Source: the human T2T-CHM13v2.0 reference genome, Homo sapiens
DNA: 64,000 bases
NCBI RefSeq assembly: GCF_009914755.1
Contig: NC_060937.1
Strand: one strand, 5' to 3'
A program made the translations under genes and the position numbers. Shown here piece by piece: positions 1 to 18,518 of this stretch. The notes beneath the pieces were generated by a model. The model was given only the letters and a program-made list of their open reading frames with translations. It was not told the DNA's origin and made no database searches. Every line of letters starts with the position of its first letter. Positions within the stretch are counted from its first letter, which is position 1.

Positions 1-1308
1 CCAAATTCCTGTGATCACAGCCCACATGGCACACGGGGCAGCCCAGTCTGCATTGCTGAGGGCTGAATATCTGTTTTCCCAATCACCTTTCTTTGCTTCT
101 TTCTCTTTCTTGAGCTGCTTGCCTTTTAGCTGCTTTATTGCTCATTAATATGTCCACTGGAAATTGAAAGAGGGAGGAAGGGGCTCTTAACTCTGCATTT
201 CTACTTATTAGTGGCTTTGGTTAATGGTTTCAGAGGGAAGAAAGAGTCTGAACAATTGGCCCAAATGACGTACCTAGGAAAACAGTTCTGAGGTTAAGTG
301 GCACTTAGTTCTTCAGTTAGGCCATATTTAGAGTAAATTTATCTTAAGAGAATATGCTGAACCTCCAAGCAGGACACAGGTTGTTTTTCTACATGTAGAC
401 ATTGCAGTTAATTCCGTCCCATGGTATTTAATCGGACACATTTATTAAGCCTCATAAAGGGCATTTTCCTGTTAATCTTTTGTTTACTACTGTGAATCAC
501 TGCTAAGGGCAGCTTTCTCAAAAGAGTTCAAGAATAATTGAATCTGTCACATCCACATAACAATTAAAATGTCCTATAATTTGGCATGCCAATTTAGATA
601 CCCCAAATGTGTAATTTTACTTAAGCATAGCATTACAGAACATAACCACTCCTCCTGACGAGGAAGGAAAAAATCTGCAATTTAAAAATACAGGTCTCTC
701 TAATGCTAAAGACTAAGTAAATAAGTGAACCAAATTACTTGCTAAAATGATGAAGTTTTAGTCTGCAAAAGCAACAAGTAAACTTTTAAAAATTATTCCC
801 ACAGAGTTGAGAGTGAGTGAGTTCTCTGTAAAGACTTTACATAATGTTTAATGGAAAGGAAGTCCTACTACTATTTGGTCCTTGTCCAAATTCCTACTAA
901 ATTTATTCACATTTGAGTGACTAGTAAATCTTTCCAGATTCCCTCTCATTGTCTGAAAACACATGAATGCCACTGAGACCAGGAGTTCTCAAAATTGACC
1001 AGAATCTAAAAAGGCAGAGCCAGAAAAAAAAAAATAATGTTCTCAAAAAGCATTATTATTATTAGATTAATAATAAAAATGACAGAAAGATCATTTGGTC
1101 AAAATACTTTAAGCCTTATAAATATCAACAACTTAGCAACTGCATTTTATTTGTTAGGAGAGTTTTTGAGTTTAGGGGTGATAGAACCATGACCTTAATA
1201 ATTTACTAGAACTTAAAATTTTAACTTCTATAAGGTTTCACACTTAAAAAATATAAAATAAAACCGACCTCTTTAATATTTTTTTGATATGCATTAAAAC
1301 AAAATATA

Positions 1309-1646
<338 letters not shown>

Positions 1647-2373
1647 TTATAATGAACTGGATTATTATAGCTGCAGATGAATCTGCAAGATTTGAGACAA
1701 GGCATCCTTGGCATATAAATATGACCTAACAAAGAGTATGGCTACCATAAAAATCAATGAAAGCACCCCATAACTAAAATATCAGTTTGTGAACTTGAAA
1801 AGGAAAATAAAATGGGTTGAACATGCTCTGCTTTTACAGTCATCCCAGAAAACTCCCAAAATAGAATGGATAAGGTAATTTCCTTCCTTCCATCCATTCA
1901 TCCAATATTGAGTGAATGTCTATTTCCAAAGTATCATTTTAGGAATGGGAGATTCAAAGATGAGCAAGAAACAGTCTATCAAGATGCTGACAGCCAGAGA
2001 TAAAGATGGAAGTGCAAATAAGTTAAACAACTTAGCCTAGGCTGCACAAATCGGAAGATGGCAGAGCTGGGATTTGAACCCGGGTGTAAACCTGTCTTCT
2101 TTCCTCTTCATGTGAGTTCCCAGAGGTACATTATTATTTACTTTCAGTTTCTTTGTTTTCAGAAGTAAAATATGGGCAATGAGAACTGTAAACAGTTAAT
2201 TTTCTAAGACACCTTTTCATTTGGATAATAACTGCATATTTTAAGAAAAATATGCCTGTAAGCATAAAAAAGTTCACCTATTCACTTTCCACTACAATTT
2301 GAGTCCTATTACACCCAGGACTCAAAATTATTTACTGTGTGCCTGGCATATACTCACAGAAAAAGAAGACAAA

Positions 2374-2663
2374 TTTTTTGTTGTTGTTGTTGAAATAGAG
2401 TCTCACTCTGTTACCCAGACTGGAGTGCAGTGGTGTGGTCTCGGTTCACTGCAACCTCCAACTCCTGGACTCAAGCCTCAGCCTCCCAAGTAGCTGGGAC
2501 TACAGGTGCACGCCGCCAAAGCCTGGCTAATTTTTGTTTCTTTGTAGAGATGGGGTTTCGCTATGTTGCCCATGCTGGTTTTAAACTCCTGAGCTCAAAG
2601 CGATCCTCCCACCTTGGCTTCCCAAAGTGCTGGGATTACAGGCATGAGCCCCCACATATGGCC
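2374..2663 (-). mobile_element. Alu (AluJ-like)
   Basis: Reverse Alu; TSD aagaa(g/a)acaaa. Confidence 0.93.
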
Positions 2664-3621
2664 CAAGAAAACAAACTTCATTAAAGTTTCAGGATTAATA
2701 ATGAGCAAGTGACACTCTGCCAAAACACATTGGAGGAAAATGGAAGTGAACCTTCATGAATTCCTGAATTTATTCAGCACACATTTATTGCACACTTACT
2801 GCATTCATGTCATTATGCTAGATGCTGTGGAAGAGGCAAAGATGGGTAAGTCCCAGCCCCTGCTTTTAGGAAGCCCATACTCAAAAAAAAAAAAAAAAAA
2901 AAAAGACAGAAGAAAACACTCAAGTGACTAGAATGCCAGAAAAAAGGCAAAACAAGCGGGAGTTTAGCAGCAGCAGAAGTCACCTCTGGCCAAAATTTCT
3001 GAGGAGGAGCTTCAGGGAGGAGAAAATAGCAAACTGGGCCTTGAGGAATGGACAGACTTAGACACGTAGAAATGGTGGTGGAGGTGAGGGGTGGGAGGAC
3101 CGTGGTCATTCCAGATGCCGAGAGGTCTGACAGCTCACCTATCACTTCCTCAAGGGCAGGGTTATGTGCTTGCTCTTGTTCACTGTTGCATCTCCATGGC
3201 CTGGCATTGCACATGACGTGTGAGCAGGCACCCCATGCACACTGCCTAAAAGTTAAATACAAAGGAAGGGAAATTCAGGGCACAATTGGGTGACTGACCA
3301 GTGGTGCAGTCTGGTAAGACCACAGAGTGAGATCCAGCAGAGAAAGAGTCTAGCTGGCCCTGGAAAACAGATATGGAAGGAGGTATAGGGATGCTAGGAT
3401 TCAGGCTATAGCCTTGGAGGACCACATGCCTCAAGTTGATGGCTATAGACAAGAGAGAGAAAAAGCAAAAAGGAGACACAGCAGGAATGAGGGCAGAGGC
3501 TTGACTCACAAATTAAATATTGGAAAAGAGAAAATAAGGAACAATCTGATGCTACAAGGGCCAAGTTAGGATGCACATGAAAAAATGCTAAGAATAGAAC
3601 TTTACCCACTTAGCCTTTATG

Positions 3622-3849
3622 CATGTTGAGTATACTTAGGAAATGCCTGGGACCAGAAGTGTTTCAGATTTCAGATACTTTTGAATTTTGCAATGTTTGC
3701 ATTATACATACTTACAGATTCAGCATACTTAATCCGAAAATCCAAAATCTGAAATGCCCCAATGAGCGTCTCCTACAAGCTTCACATCAGAGCTCAAAAA
3801 GTTTCAGATTTAGGAGCATTTCAGATTTCAGATTAGGGGACTCAATCTG
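3622..3849. mobile_element. Tigger4 (Zombi/MER46)-family MITE
   Basis: TIR-like catgttgagtat / actcaatctg; gggaccagaagtgtttcagattt and repeated tttcagatt units. Confidence 0.8.
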
Positions 3850-4675
3850 TATTTACTGATTTGACCAAAGATTCTAGATCTTTTACAACAAAATAAAGTG
3901 ACTCTGAATTTTCTTTTTGTACAGAAAAAAGGGCATAATCTTGAATCTGTATCTTCATATCTTCTGTAGCTACATGAAAACAGTCCTGAAATCTCCTGCT
4001 TGGTCCTCACCTTTCCTCTACCCAAGTAAAACTGTAAACTAAGCCATGCATTGATGTTGGTCCCGTGGCCCCAGGATCTCTCCAGCAATGCAAACCTCAA
4101 ATCACTTGCTGCTCTCTAGAAGGTCAAGGAAAAACACATTATACTGGAATGCATTAGTCAGTTACTCAGTTACATAAGCTCAATGAAGATGTGTTTATCA
4201 GGCCTAAATATCTGCAGATATTCCAGGTAGCTGTCCTAGATATAAAAATTAAGTGAACAAACTGCAAAACAATTTAATCCATTTAATTGGCAGGATGCCA
4301 TCGCTGATAGTGGGGTGATCTCAGGAACAGGGGAAGGGCAGGGCAGGGTGAAGGATAAAGCCTGACCATAGGAAAAGAAAAGCTCGGAACAGCTTTCACT
4401 ATGGCAGCAAGCAATACAGAGAAACCCCACTTAGCAACAGGCAGAGTGAGGGTGGGAGGGTTTCCATTTCAGAAGTCGTTTCTGGGCCACCATGATGAAA
4501 GGGGTGTACGGAGAGTCATCTGACGTTGGAGATTGGTTCCCTCACTGGTAAAATGGGTGCCTGTGACTCTTCTCTGGGACAAGATACTATGGCATGTGGC
4601 AAAGATTACTTAAAATCCTGCCTCAGGTCTTGAAACAGTAAATGATTCTTCTCACCTGGGGAAGATGAAGGGTAG

Positions 4676-5044
<369 letters not shown>

Positions 5045-7413
5045 CCAGTTTGTGCTTTCTACCTTCACATTAGTTCTTTGTCCCCCTGAACACTTTAATT
5101 AAATGTCTCAGCATATTTTTCAAGAAGTAATTTTTCCTCTTCTGAAATGTTCTAATTGTGGCCGTTGTCGGTTTCTTAAAGAGAAGTTCCATGAAGATGA
5201 AACATAGAATTTAAATAAAACTCAGGTTAGCTTTGAGTTGTGTTTCTCCAGCTGGTTCTGCTAGAACGATTTCTAGTTTGTTTTCTCTGAGGAAACGCTA
5301 CTAAAAAGAGATTTGGGTTTAGAAAGAAAGATATACATTATACACCCATAAGATTGCCTACAAAGAAAAGAGCTACAATCTGAATTTCTCAGGCCTGGTT
5401 TTGCTTCTCTGTAATTCACTCCCGAAGAATTCTCTAACTGCAGATTCGCTTATTCCTCGTTCACTCACACTACCAGGGAGAATCCAGAGCGTTGTAAGGA
5501 CGGGTGTGCAGGGACTGGAGGAAAAGGCTGTGCTATTGGCTGAAAGGAAAACAGGTCACAAGTAACCAGCTAATCCTAAAAACTACAGGGAGGAAGCTGT
5601 CTTTAATGTGGAGATAGTGGTGCGTATTAGAAAAAAGAGGATTTCTAATTTGTCTGTCTTGCTCTACTGTTTTGTGGCAACTGAGCAAATGAAGATTAAA
5701 TTAGCTGTCATTAAGACTACACCATGTTTAATAAAGTTAAAACTGGGAGAACATCTTCATAAAATAAAATTCTAAGCTTAACACATTGATGGCGCTTAAT
5801 GAACCAAAACTGGGTAAATCCCTTTGGAGAGTCAACACATAAACAAAGCTATTAATTAGGTCGCAGTTGTTTCCCAACAAGCTTTTTGTTTGATTTACTT
5901 ACAGTAAACAAAACTATATCTATCCGTCTTTGTGGAGAAGTATTCACCAATGCAACAAAACGTAATTATTACACCTTAAGCACTTGCAATTACAGGACTG
6001 CATGATGACAATAGTGTTGGTTATGTCCTTCATTAACATCTGTCACTTCCCCAGCCACTCCCTGAGCCTGCCTTTTGGAGTGCTGAGCTTTGCAGCTGAT
6101 TCACTTGTCTCTATGTTTTCACAGCTTTCAGAATAACAGAACAGAACATGTGTTTTCTGGAACGGTATCTCTAAAGCAAACAAGGGGAAAAAACAAACAA
6201 ACAAAAAAAACAAAACACCTCCAAAATCAAAGATCTGAGGAAGAATGGTATTTATGGTGTTCCCCCGAATTGAAAGCTGGCTGATGATCAGAAGCTCTAG
6301 AATACAGGAGATGCTTTCAGCTAGGGGTTGAGGGAACATAGAGGCCAGTTCCCAATCTCAAGCTACAGAATGCATGTCTCCTGGGTTCCCTGAGGCTGAA
6401 TCCTGCCACTGCCTGTTAAGAAAAATTGGAAAATAGTTCTCACAAAGAATTCAGAGCTTGTAATAAGACTCCTTACTTAAATTTATACCTCCTGGTAGGA
6501 CCTCCTGTGATGCCACTGATGACCTCGTGGCCAGGGAGCCCTAAATGGAAGCTCTCCCAATATCATTGGAGAGATCGCCATAGATGGAGACACTAATGGA
6601 GTTGGGAGTGAGAAGGAAAGCTCCATGTTGAAATGCAAGGTCATCTCAACAGTTACATCCTCCAAGGGAATGCTTGCCTTTCCCTCCTCCAAGTTTACTT
6701 CTTCCGGGTCTTCCTCATTCATCCAGATAGTCAGGTCCCAAACAGAGAAACCAGGACTGACTACCCCTGTCTTCCCTCAAATCTCACATTCAATCCATCA
6801 CAGTCCAGTTGCTTTACTTTGCTATTTACTCCAAATCTATCCATTGCACCATCTTCACTGCTCACACCATAGTCTAAGCCGCCATTGTGCATGGTGTAGA
6901 GAGGGCATGACCGCAACAGTGAATGCTGCGTTTGATGAACTGAAGGACAATAACTAAAGGACTGTGGCTTTTACTGCAAAGGAAAGAGAGAGAACAGAGG
7001 GAGGAAAGGCTAGAAAGGTAGGGAGGGGCCAACTGTAAATTGCTTTGTAGAACCATGTTCAGAGTTTAGATAAAGACATTACTCAAGAGAGAAAAAAATT
7101 AAGGTTCTCAAAATCTACCTAGAGGGACTGGTATATAAAGCAATAAACTAATGGGCACACTTCAATAATGGTAACAGCGCTGATGGATCAAGAAGATGCT
7201 TGTGAACTAGACATTTATGTGGTCAGAAGCTGATTGATCAGATTTAGGAGTGACCAACTGACTTGTCTGCCAAGTTCTGTCCTTGCTTGCTGTCTCTCTA
7301 ACTAATCAGACCTTCTAAGTTGACAGCACTTCCAAGCATTAGATAATAAAAGGAGTAGCTATCACCAATGCGGTAACAGCAAATCCCAACAAGAAGTCTA
7401 TATGATACATTTA

Positions 7414-7578
7414 GACTACAGGCGCCTGCCACCACATCCAGGTAATCTTTGTATTATTAGTAGAGACAGGGTTTCCCCACGTTGGCCAGGCTGGTCTCGA
7501 ACTCCTGACCTCAAGTAATCTGCCTGCCTCGGCCTCCTAAAGTGCTGAGATTACAGGCATGAGCCACCGTGCCTGGCC
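7414..7578 (-). mobile_element. Alu, 3' part missing
   Basis: Left arm, linker and start of right arm only; no tail. Confidence 0.9.
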
Positions 7579-8100
7579 TTGCTTCCTAAAATTATCACTG
7601 TTTCCCTTCATTTTCTAAGCCCTCCAATTCTTATGTAACAAATTTCCTATGTTAAATCCTTTCTGTTGGAATCATTTGTTTTTCTGGCTAGGCCCTCTCT
7701 GAAAATAATTTGTGATGGATCTTCTCATCTCTTCCCCTGTGACACGTATCTTGTGAACGTCCCAACAGCATAGAAGTTCTGCAACCTTACCCAACAAGCC
7801 CCTTGCAGTATATAAAAACCTAAATCTTTCATTAAGGGGATCAAGCATGCTGAAACAACTGTGACAGTGACAATGACTGTGATCTTCTATTGGATACTAC
7901 TCCGTAGTATGACAGTTAGCATCACAAGCTGAATCTTAGATTTGGAATATTTTCATGGTAAACTTTTAACATATGATTTTTGCATATGATTATATGCAAA
8001 GAGATACATTGGATATATTGTTAGTAGCACTGAGGGTGTAGTTAAGCATATGAATTACTGCTGGGAAGAGAGCCAAAATTAACAGAAAATTAACTTACTA

Positions 8101-8346
<246 letters not shown>

Positions 8347-8774
8347 TTAAGACTTAAAAAGCTCTACTTCACAATAGAGATTTAAAAAAAAAAGATCATA
8401 TCTATTTAATGTTTTAAAAATCATGTTAAAATGTTTTAGGACAATCTTATTCTTTAAAAACAAGTATAAAAATCTATGTAGTAATTTACTAATTTTCATA
8501 AAACAACGAAAAATGTCTTCCCTCCAAATTGCTTAAAGCTGATTATTGGGAGTGGATTTTAGGAATCTAGCTCTCCTGGGATACTGAATAATATCTCTGA
8601 CACTGGAAAACACGTTTGGGTTTCTTCTTTTTTTTTCAGAATGAATTTATCCATGTTAAAATGTTATGTCTGGGGCAAACAGAGCACTTAGAAATATTTC
8701 TCAGAATCATTCCATGTTTCCCATTTACACACTTAAAATGTGGACTCAAGGTTACATGGACCTCAGCTTTATAC

Positions 8775-8947
8775 CTTGGATCCACATTTGCCGTCGCTTC
8801 ATCAATAATCAATATCTGATTTTTCCTGAGAATTGCCCTGGCAAGGCACACCAGTTGTCTTTGTCCAACACTAAAATTGGATCCTGATTCTGCTAATTCA
8901 GTATCCATTTTACCAGGAAGATCTTCAATGGTTTCTTTAAGTTGTAC
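8775..8947 (-). CDS. ABCC4: ABCC4 exon 28 (173 nt, phase 0-2), NBD2 signature and Walker B
   Basis: CTACAG|GTACAACTT...CCAAG|GTATAA; [57 protein letters not shown](R). Confidence 0.97.
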
Positions 8948-9349
8948 CTGTAGATGTACAAAGAAGAATGACTGCTATCATTCAAGCCGCTATGGAAGTA
9001 GTCAAGCCTCATAGACATTAGAACCTTCAAGTCCCTTCTCTCGAGAGATATAACTTAAGTGGACACACACATGAGGCTGAATTACCTCTAGTTAATGTTC
9101 AATGAGAAAGATGGTAGAGTCAACACAAAACGGAAATATTCTGACTTAAGAGAACAAACAATGGAACCCAAGATGCTCCTTTATCACCATCAGCAAACAC
9201 AGTCTGTTCATGCAGGGTCACGTGTTAATACTGCCTGGGCCAATTTCATTAAGAAAAACACAGTATGATCAATAAAAGTATTCTGTAGGTAAAATACAGA
9301 AAGATAAAAAAAATTCCCTTCTTTTTAGTTAAAAGATTACAGAAATTTA

Positions 9350-9550
9350 GAGAGACAATAAGAGTGATGGTTGCCAAGGGGCTGGAGGATTAACTGTAAA
9401 TGGACACAAGGAAATTTCTTGGGGTAAGAGAGATGTTTTAAAACTGGATTCCTGCAATGACTGCACAACTCTATAAATTTACCAAAATCACTGAATCACT
9501 TCTAAGGGGAGCATTTTCTGCTATGCAAATTAGACCTCAATAGAGTTGTT
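9350..9550 (+). mobile_element. L1M 3'-end fragment
   Basis: gtgatggttgccaaggggctgg...tgttttaaaactggatt...aaattagacctcaata. Confidence 0.7.
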
Positions 9551-10991
9551 GGAAAAAAATCATATCAGTGTCCCCCAGCACCTGAACTCCCTTACCAATA
9601 ACCAACATGACAGCCAACAAGAACCCCTCTTCCAGGTAGGGAAGGAAGTTTCTCAAAAAATGAAGCTCATGCTCCCAATATAGAGTCTGAAGAAAAGGTG
9701 AAAGGATCTTTCTGGTTGAGTCAAGTTTCCCAAAGCACATTTTGGAGACGAGTGAGTATAACTCAAGGGAAAATTTAAAAAGAAAATTACTGCAGGAAGT
9801 ATGGTCCTCCAAAGATATCATCTTATAGGCACTTTACCATTTTGGAAGGTTTTTTAATCAACTGGAAAAGTTAAAAAAATACAAATGCAAACAATGGGAA
9901 ACTGTGCCTCATTTGTTAGGAAATCAGGAGCTTATTCTTGGGCTGGTCCTTTCCCAAGTTTAAGCCCCTATGGCTATAAAGTAGGTCAGTACATTTTCTA
10001 CAGTCTAATAAATGTTTTGCAGTGAATGAAAACTCACAAAAAAACAGGACACAATATAACATCTTGCCCCAGACGACGGGGATAGATGATGTTGATATTA
10101 ATGTATCTTTATAAAATTGTAGCTATAAGATGATTTGATACTACATTGGGTGGTGGTTCAGTTCACTGATGTTTGTTTTGGAGAAATTTTATAGAACAAG
10201 AGCCAAACTCAGGTGACATTTGAGAGCTATAGAGGAACCAAGAGTCAATACATCTCCAATTAAGAGATCAGCAAGCAGATAGATGAGTGATGGCCAATAA
10301 GCAGGTGTACAGAACTACAATGCCCAACAACAAAAAGCCAAGAGTAAACGGGTAACATTGTCATGTACCTTAAACACGGAAGCACACTTCTATGAATGTG
10401 ATCTTGAGTTGTACTCATGATGGAAGTCCAACTCCAAGAAACAGGAATTTTGAGTTAAGATTAAATATGGTATTGATATTTGGCATTAGCATGCAAGGTA
10501 GGAAATTAAAATCCGAAGTGTAAGATTTGGCTCGTGGTGCAAAATGTTACCCTGAAAATTATAGGATGGAATATGTCAGCTTAGTCAAACCCTCTCCATT
10601 ACAAAGAAGAGGACTTGCTGAGTAATCTTTTTATGAAACATACTCACAGACCTATACCCCATGTGATGGAACTGATCAAAAGTAGATGTTAGCAAAGTTT
10701 TTATTAGCTTTTCCTTCTGAGTTGATTTTGATAATACTGGTAAGTGCAAAAAGGTCTTTTCTAAGACCGGCAGCCAGATTTGAAGAAATAATCTCACACT
10801 TGCCCTTGATTAAGGGGCCAACCCATCATTCTTCTGGGTTTTGACCCTCCTTGAGGTTATCCACATTGACTTGATGAAGAATAGGGTTGTGAGGTGAAGA
10901 ATAATGAACACATTTCCCAGATAACAGTGTCTTCTGAGACTCTGTCATCATGATTGAATCGGGGATGGTTATGAGAATGATATGAATGTAT

Positions 10992-11285
<294 letters not shown>

Positions 11286-11384
11286 GATATGAATGTGAAG
11301 GCCCTCTGTAGTGTTATCATACATTCAAGTTATGGTTAAGTATTAGCACTGAGAAAAAGACAATGGAGGCAGTGGAACACAGTG

Positions 11385-11705
11385 ACTAAGAGTGACAACT
11401 GGGGAAATTGAAAATATATTAAACAATGGTATTACATTACTCTTCAATTTCTTCAGTGAGGTAAATAACTGTATTATGTCATGTAGTTGAATGTTCTTGT
11501 TCTTAGGAGGTACACATACATATTTAAGGATGAACTGCAACTTCATGGAAATGTCTGCAACTTACTTTCAAGGGCTATAAGAGAGGAAGCAAATGTAGCA
11601 AAATACCGTATTAACAAATGGTGAATCTTGGAGAAGGGTATGTGTATGTTCATAATACTATTCATTTGACTGTTCTGTGATTTGGACATTTTAAAATAAA
11701 AAAAT
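11385..11705 (+). mobile_element. L1ME/L1MC 3'UTR fragment
   Basis: tgttcttgttcttaggaggtacac...gtctgcaacttactttcaa...ggtgaatcttggagaagggtatgtg. Confidence 0.65.
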
Positions 11706-11709
11706 GGAG

Positions 11710-12293
<584 letters not shown>

Positions 12294-12329
12294 GCCTATT
12301 TTTAATAATGCAGTCAGCTAGTTCTTTTC

Positions 12330-12525
12330 ATGCACTGCTGTAGTTTTCTTCACTGCATTTACCAGTACCTAATATTATATTACATATGCATTTTCTTATT
12401 TTCTATCTTCCATACAAGAATTTGTGCCCTAAGAGGGTAGGGATTTTATCTCTCTTGATGACTGCTATAGCTCCAGAGTCTACAATGCCTATGTAAAAAC
12501 CTCCCCACACATAATCTGTTGAATG
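12330..12525. mobile_element. L2 3'-end fragment (others at about 1890-2010, 2760-2870, 40420-40560)
   Basis: aagagggtagggattttatctctcttgatgactgctatagctccagagtct...tgttgaatgtatga. Confidence 0.55.
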
Positions 12526-13516
12526 TATGAAGTCACAAGGATACCTCATTTTGTGACATGTCTATTCTTATAAATTACAAAGTAAATCCACAAAGAAATA
12601 GAATTTACATACAATTTTCTTACTAAATGTCATTGTAAAAGAAACAGTCCTTATAAAATTAATTGGCTCCAAGATATCATAACATTATACTTTAAAATAT
12701 AGAAAACTTAATGTTTTCTACATTTAATAAAGGTTGTAATTTCAGGAAAACAAAATCAAATCATACTATTTGAAACTATACATTTCAAACACAATGTATC
12801 AGGTTATTTTGAAGCTTAGAAAAAATAGGAAACTACAGGAAAAGTGAAAATAATGAACTGAACTTTCTAAGACAGCCCATTTCTATCATCATAAATGTTT
12901 TCAAAGCCTCAAAGAGACTCATGTGGATGTCAGATTCTGTTTCCATGTTTCTTTGAACTTTCTGACTTTTCATAAAGGAAGTCTCTGATGCCAGAGACTG
13001 AAATGTGATAAACAGCAACTCAACAGATGGGAACAACCTTTAACAAGAACACAGCTAAGTGTGAACGAAGCGAGCGGAAGCCCATTCTGGGCAATACAGG
13101 CCTGGGAAAAATGGAGGTGCAAGGTGTGGGGAATAGAAGGCCCAGAGGATGTGGACACTGCTGATGTGCAGATTTCTGTCTTATGGTGTCCTGAATACAA
13201 GACATCCTTGTATTCTAACAGCAATTCTATCAATGTTGAACATGATTAGATAATTTCTCCACTATTCCAACATGATATAACCTAGTCTTAATTGTAGATC
13301 CCAGTATTAAAGTCGTTTTTTAATTAACAGAAATAACGTGCTGCTGATTCATTTTCTTAGTTGTACCTACTGTGTGATCTTTTGACTTTTTTCTCATAAA
13401 CGACTTCCATCTTTAATCATTACTTACGTTATATTTACAGAGTTGCTCTTATTTAGGGGCCCGAAGTGGCACTAATTCTAGTAAACTTTCTTCCATTTAC
13501 AGCTGACTATTTTTCA

Positions 13517-14339
<823 letters not shown>

Positions 14340-15822
14340 TTATGTGGTTAAACCACCTTTTAAGTGGTTAAAGAGGAAAAAACTGACAGTGCTGTCCTAA
14401 TCTCAAGCCAACCCTCTGAGTTTGGGTTCCCATTTCCAGTTTGGCCTCATTTATAAACCAAGTGACTATGTTTTTTGTCTGCTTTAAAGGGGGTTTCCAA
14501 ATGACACCAGGTTTCCTACTAAAGAGCAAGATGAGTTATCCAGTTCTGAACTGGATATCAATGAAAGATGAAAACCATGGAGACAGCAGAGAGACAGAAT
14601 GTGACAGAGAAGTCCAGAGAAACTTGAATGGCACCAGAGTCGTGGTGCTGAATCCCTTGTGTGGTATCTCTCAAGATAAACACACACACATAACTTCACG
14701 TTTACAATCACCAGGAAGTAAGATTTGGAATTCTCTACGAGAAGACCCTCAGACTCCACGGACCCCAGGGGAAGAATTCCTGACCTATCAGAATGCCCCC
14801 AGCCTCCATCAACTTGTAGTCATGAAACTTGTTGTGAAAAACTCACAATGCTTCATTTGTTAGGAGTGCTCAGCCTTTCCCCTGACCATCTAGAAGGTAA
14901 AAAGAATACAAGCACCCAGAAGGAAATTTGGAAAATCCAGGAAAACTGTAGAGAAAAGAAAACACTCTCCTCCAGTCTTTGTCTCATTACCCCCAAACGA
15001 GCAATGTAAATGCTCTGGTGTCTTTCTTAGGTCAGGTGTCAGAATATAAGAATGATTAAAAACAGCTGGAATCACACTGGAAATACAATGTTGTACCCTA
15101 ATTTTTAGTAACTCTTCCAAATCATTCACAGAAAAACCTACAATGCCATAAAGAAGTAGTTCCCAGAGAAAGACAATGATGGGATAATTTTTCACTTCTG
15201 AGGGGGACCTACCACGTCTTCCACCTCATCATTTCTAGAATTCTTGAGAGGCTACTAAATTTTATTTTAATTTTGGCTATAACAAATGAAATAAGTATGA
15301 GTTACAGTCAAGTTCCATGATGGTTTTTGATAGGATCATCTCCCAATTAACATTTCTTCACTGTTCATAGAGAAATGTGTTTCTAAAAAGTACTTTTGCT
15401 CTCTGAGAATCTGTGACAAGGAATCTCAAGCTCTGAAACAAATAGAAAAACACTTTATGAGTAATTCTTGTTCTTTTAGGGTGTGTCACAATTTCACTAT
15501 TAAACCTGTCCTGAGAGTTTAGGGGCACAGGATTGCCTTATCTTTCTTTACATTTGACAGTTAACTGTACCCACCTCTTCTCTCCTAGAATTTCACTGTA
15601 CAGAGATTCACAAATTTAAATGAAATCAGAGGTCAATTGCTTATCAAGTATCAGGAGGTGAAGTAATCGACCTAATTTAGAAAAAGAAAATCCCCACAGT
15701 TGCTGGAAAGCAGGGTGGGTGTGTAAGGACTCGGCAATGACATGCCTTCAGAAACAAGAATTACTGGCAGGAAACTGTCAGGCCTCCAAGTCTACTTGCT
15801 CACAGTCAAAACCCATCTATAA

Positions 15823-16149
<327 letters not shown>

Positions 16150-16179
16150 TAAATGCTTACTTTTTTTTAACTTTTAATA

Positions 16180-16793
<614 letters not shown>

Positions 16794-17606
16794 TAAATGC
16801 TTACTTTTTAAAAGCAAAAGACTAAACTAGGTCCTGTGAGGGATTACCAGTTTTATGATATGGTTTCTGCCATCAAGTAGACTGGCACAAATTTGCAGAA
16901 CTAGACTGAACACAGAAAATCAGTGTTAAAATACACAAACCAACAGCACCTTAATAGTCAAAGTCCTTTTTTCATGCAAGGGTGAGAAAATTTCAAGAAG
17001 TGGCCCAACAGGAACCACATAAATAATAGAAAAATCCTCTAGAAATCAACATATTAGTATAAAACCTTAGCAGAGGCTGCAGGGTTCTGTTATCTGCATT
17101 AAAATTACACGTTTGCCAATAAATAATTATTATCCCATTCCAACTGTATAATTTACCTTTATAAACACTTTCTTATAAAACTTAAAGCATTTCATAAATA
17201 TGATCTATCTTTTAGTTAATGAAAAACGACTATGGTCTTCCCTTACTAGAAATTCCCTAAGAACAGAGCAGTAAAATAAATGGTGCAGAGTAACTTAGTC
17301 ACTAATAGGATCTCAACTCATAAATACAACTTCTAGTTTAACGCATTGCTAAAGACAAATAAAACAACACCAAACTGTTTTGGACAACAGGAAGAAAATT
17401 AAAATGAGAACCAGGGAAATTTTATTTTTGGTTTTCATCATCATCAGTATACACATTATAGCATATCCACATCCTCAATGATCTCCTGGGTGGTGAACAA
17501 AGTTAGTTAAACCGCTAAGCTCCTCTTAATTTCCTGCAATGCTGTAAAGGTACATATACACATACTGAGGCTAACAGACTAAAGATAATTACATTTTATC
17601 AATTAC

Positions 17607-17696
17607 CTCTTGTAAGGCATTCCACAGTTCCTCATCCGTGTGCTCATTAAAGGGATCCAGGTTTTTCCTCATTGTTCCAGTGAACAAAACAGGTTC
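17607..17696 (-). CDS. ABCC4: ABCC4 exon 27 (90 nt, phase 0-0); not in ORF track
   Basis: CACTTAG|GAACCTGTT...CAAGAG|GTAATT; [30 protein letters not shown]. Confidence 0.97.
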
Positions 17697-18207
17697 CTAA
17701 GTGCCCAAAATAGTCACGGTCATTACCACAGACTCTTTTTTCATTTTATTCCAATGCTAACATCAACAATAGAATTAAGATACCAAAAAATAAAATTCAT
17801 GATAATAATTATAGCGTTACAAATGCCTGTTTACAAAACAACATATCTATTAATGTTCCACTGTACAAAGCGTGCTCCAAAATACCTTCCAGACCACTGA
17901 ACACTAACAAAACTGTTGCAATGTGCTATCTTAAGAAGAAAATGAAAAACACAGGCCTGATGTTTAAAACTGTTTTCCTCATATTATTAGCTTAACATGA
18001 AATATAAGGATATAATTATTCGAGGGTCTACATGAATAGAGCTATAGAAATTAACTATCAATCATGTAATACTGGAAAATACCGACAGCATGATTAAAGT
18101 TTGTGCTTCAAAGCCAAATTATTAAGCATTTTCCAATTTGCACTAAAGAATAAATTAGGATTATTTTCTCCGTTGGCAAAACAGTTTTCCAAGATTAAGA
18201 ATCTCTC

Positions 18208-18518
<311 letters not shown>

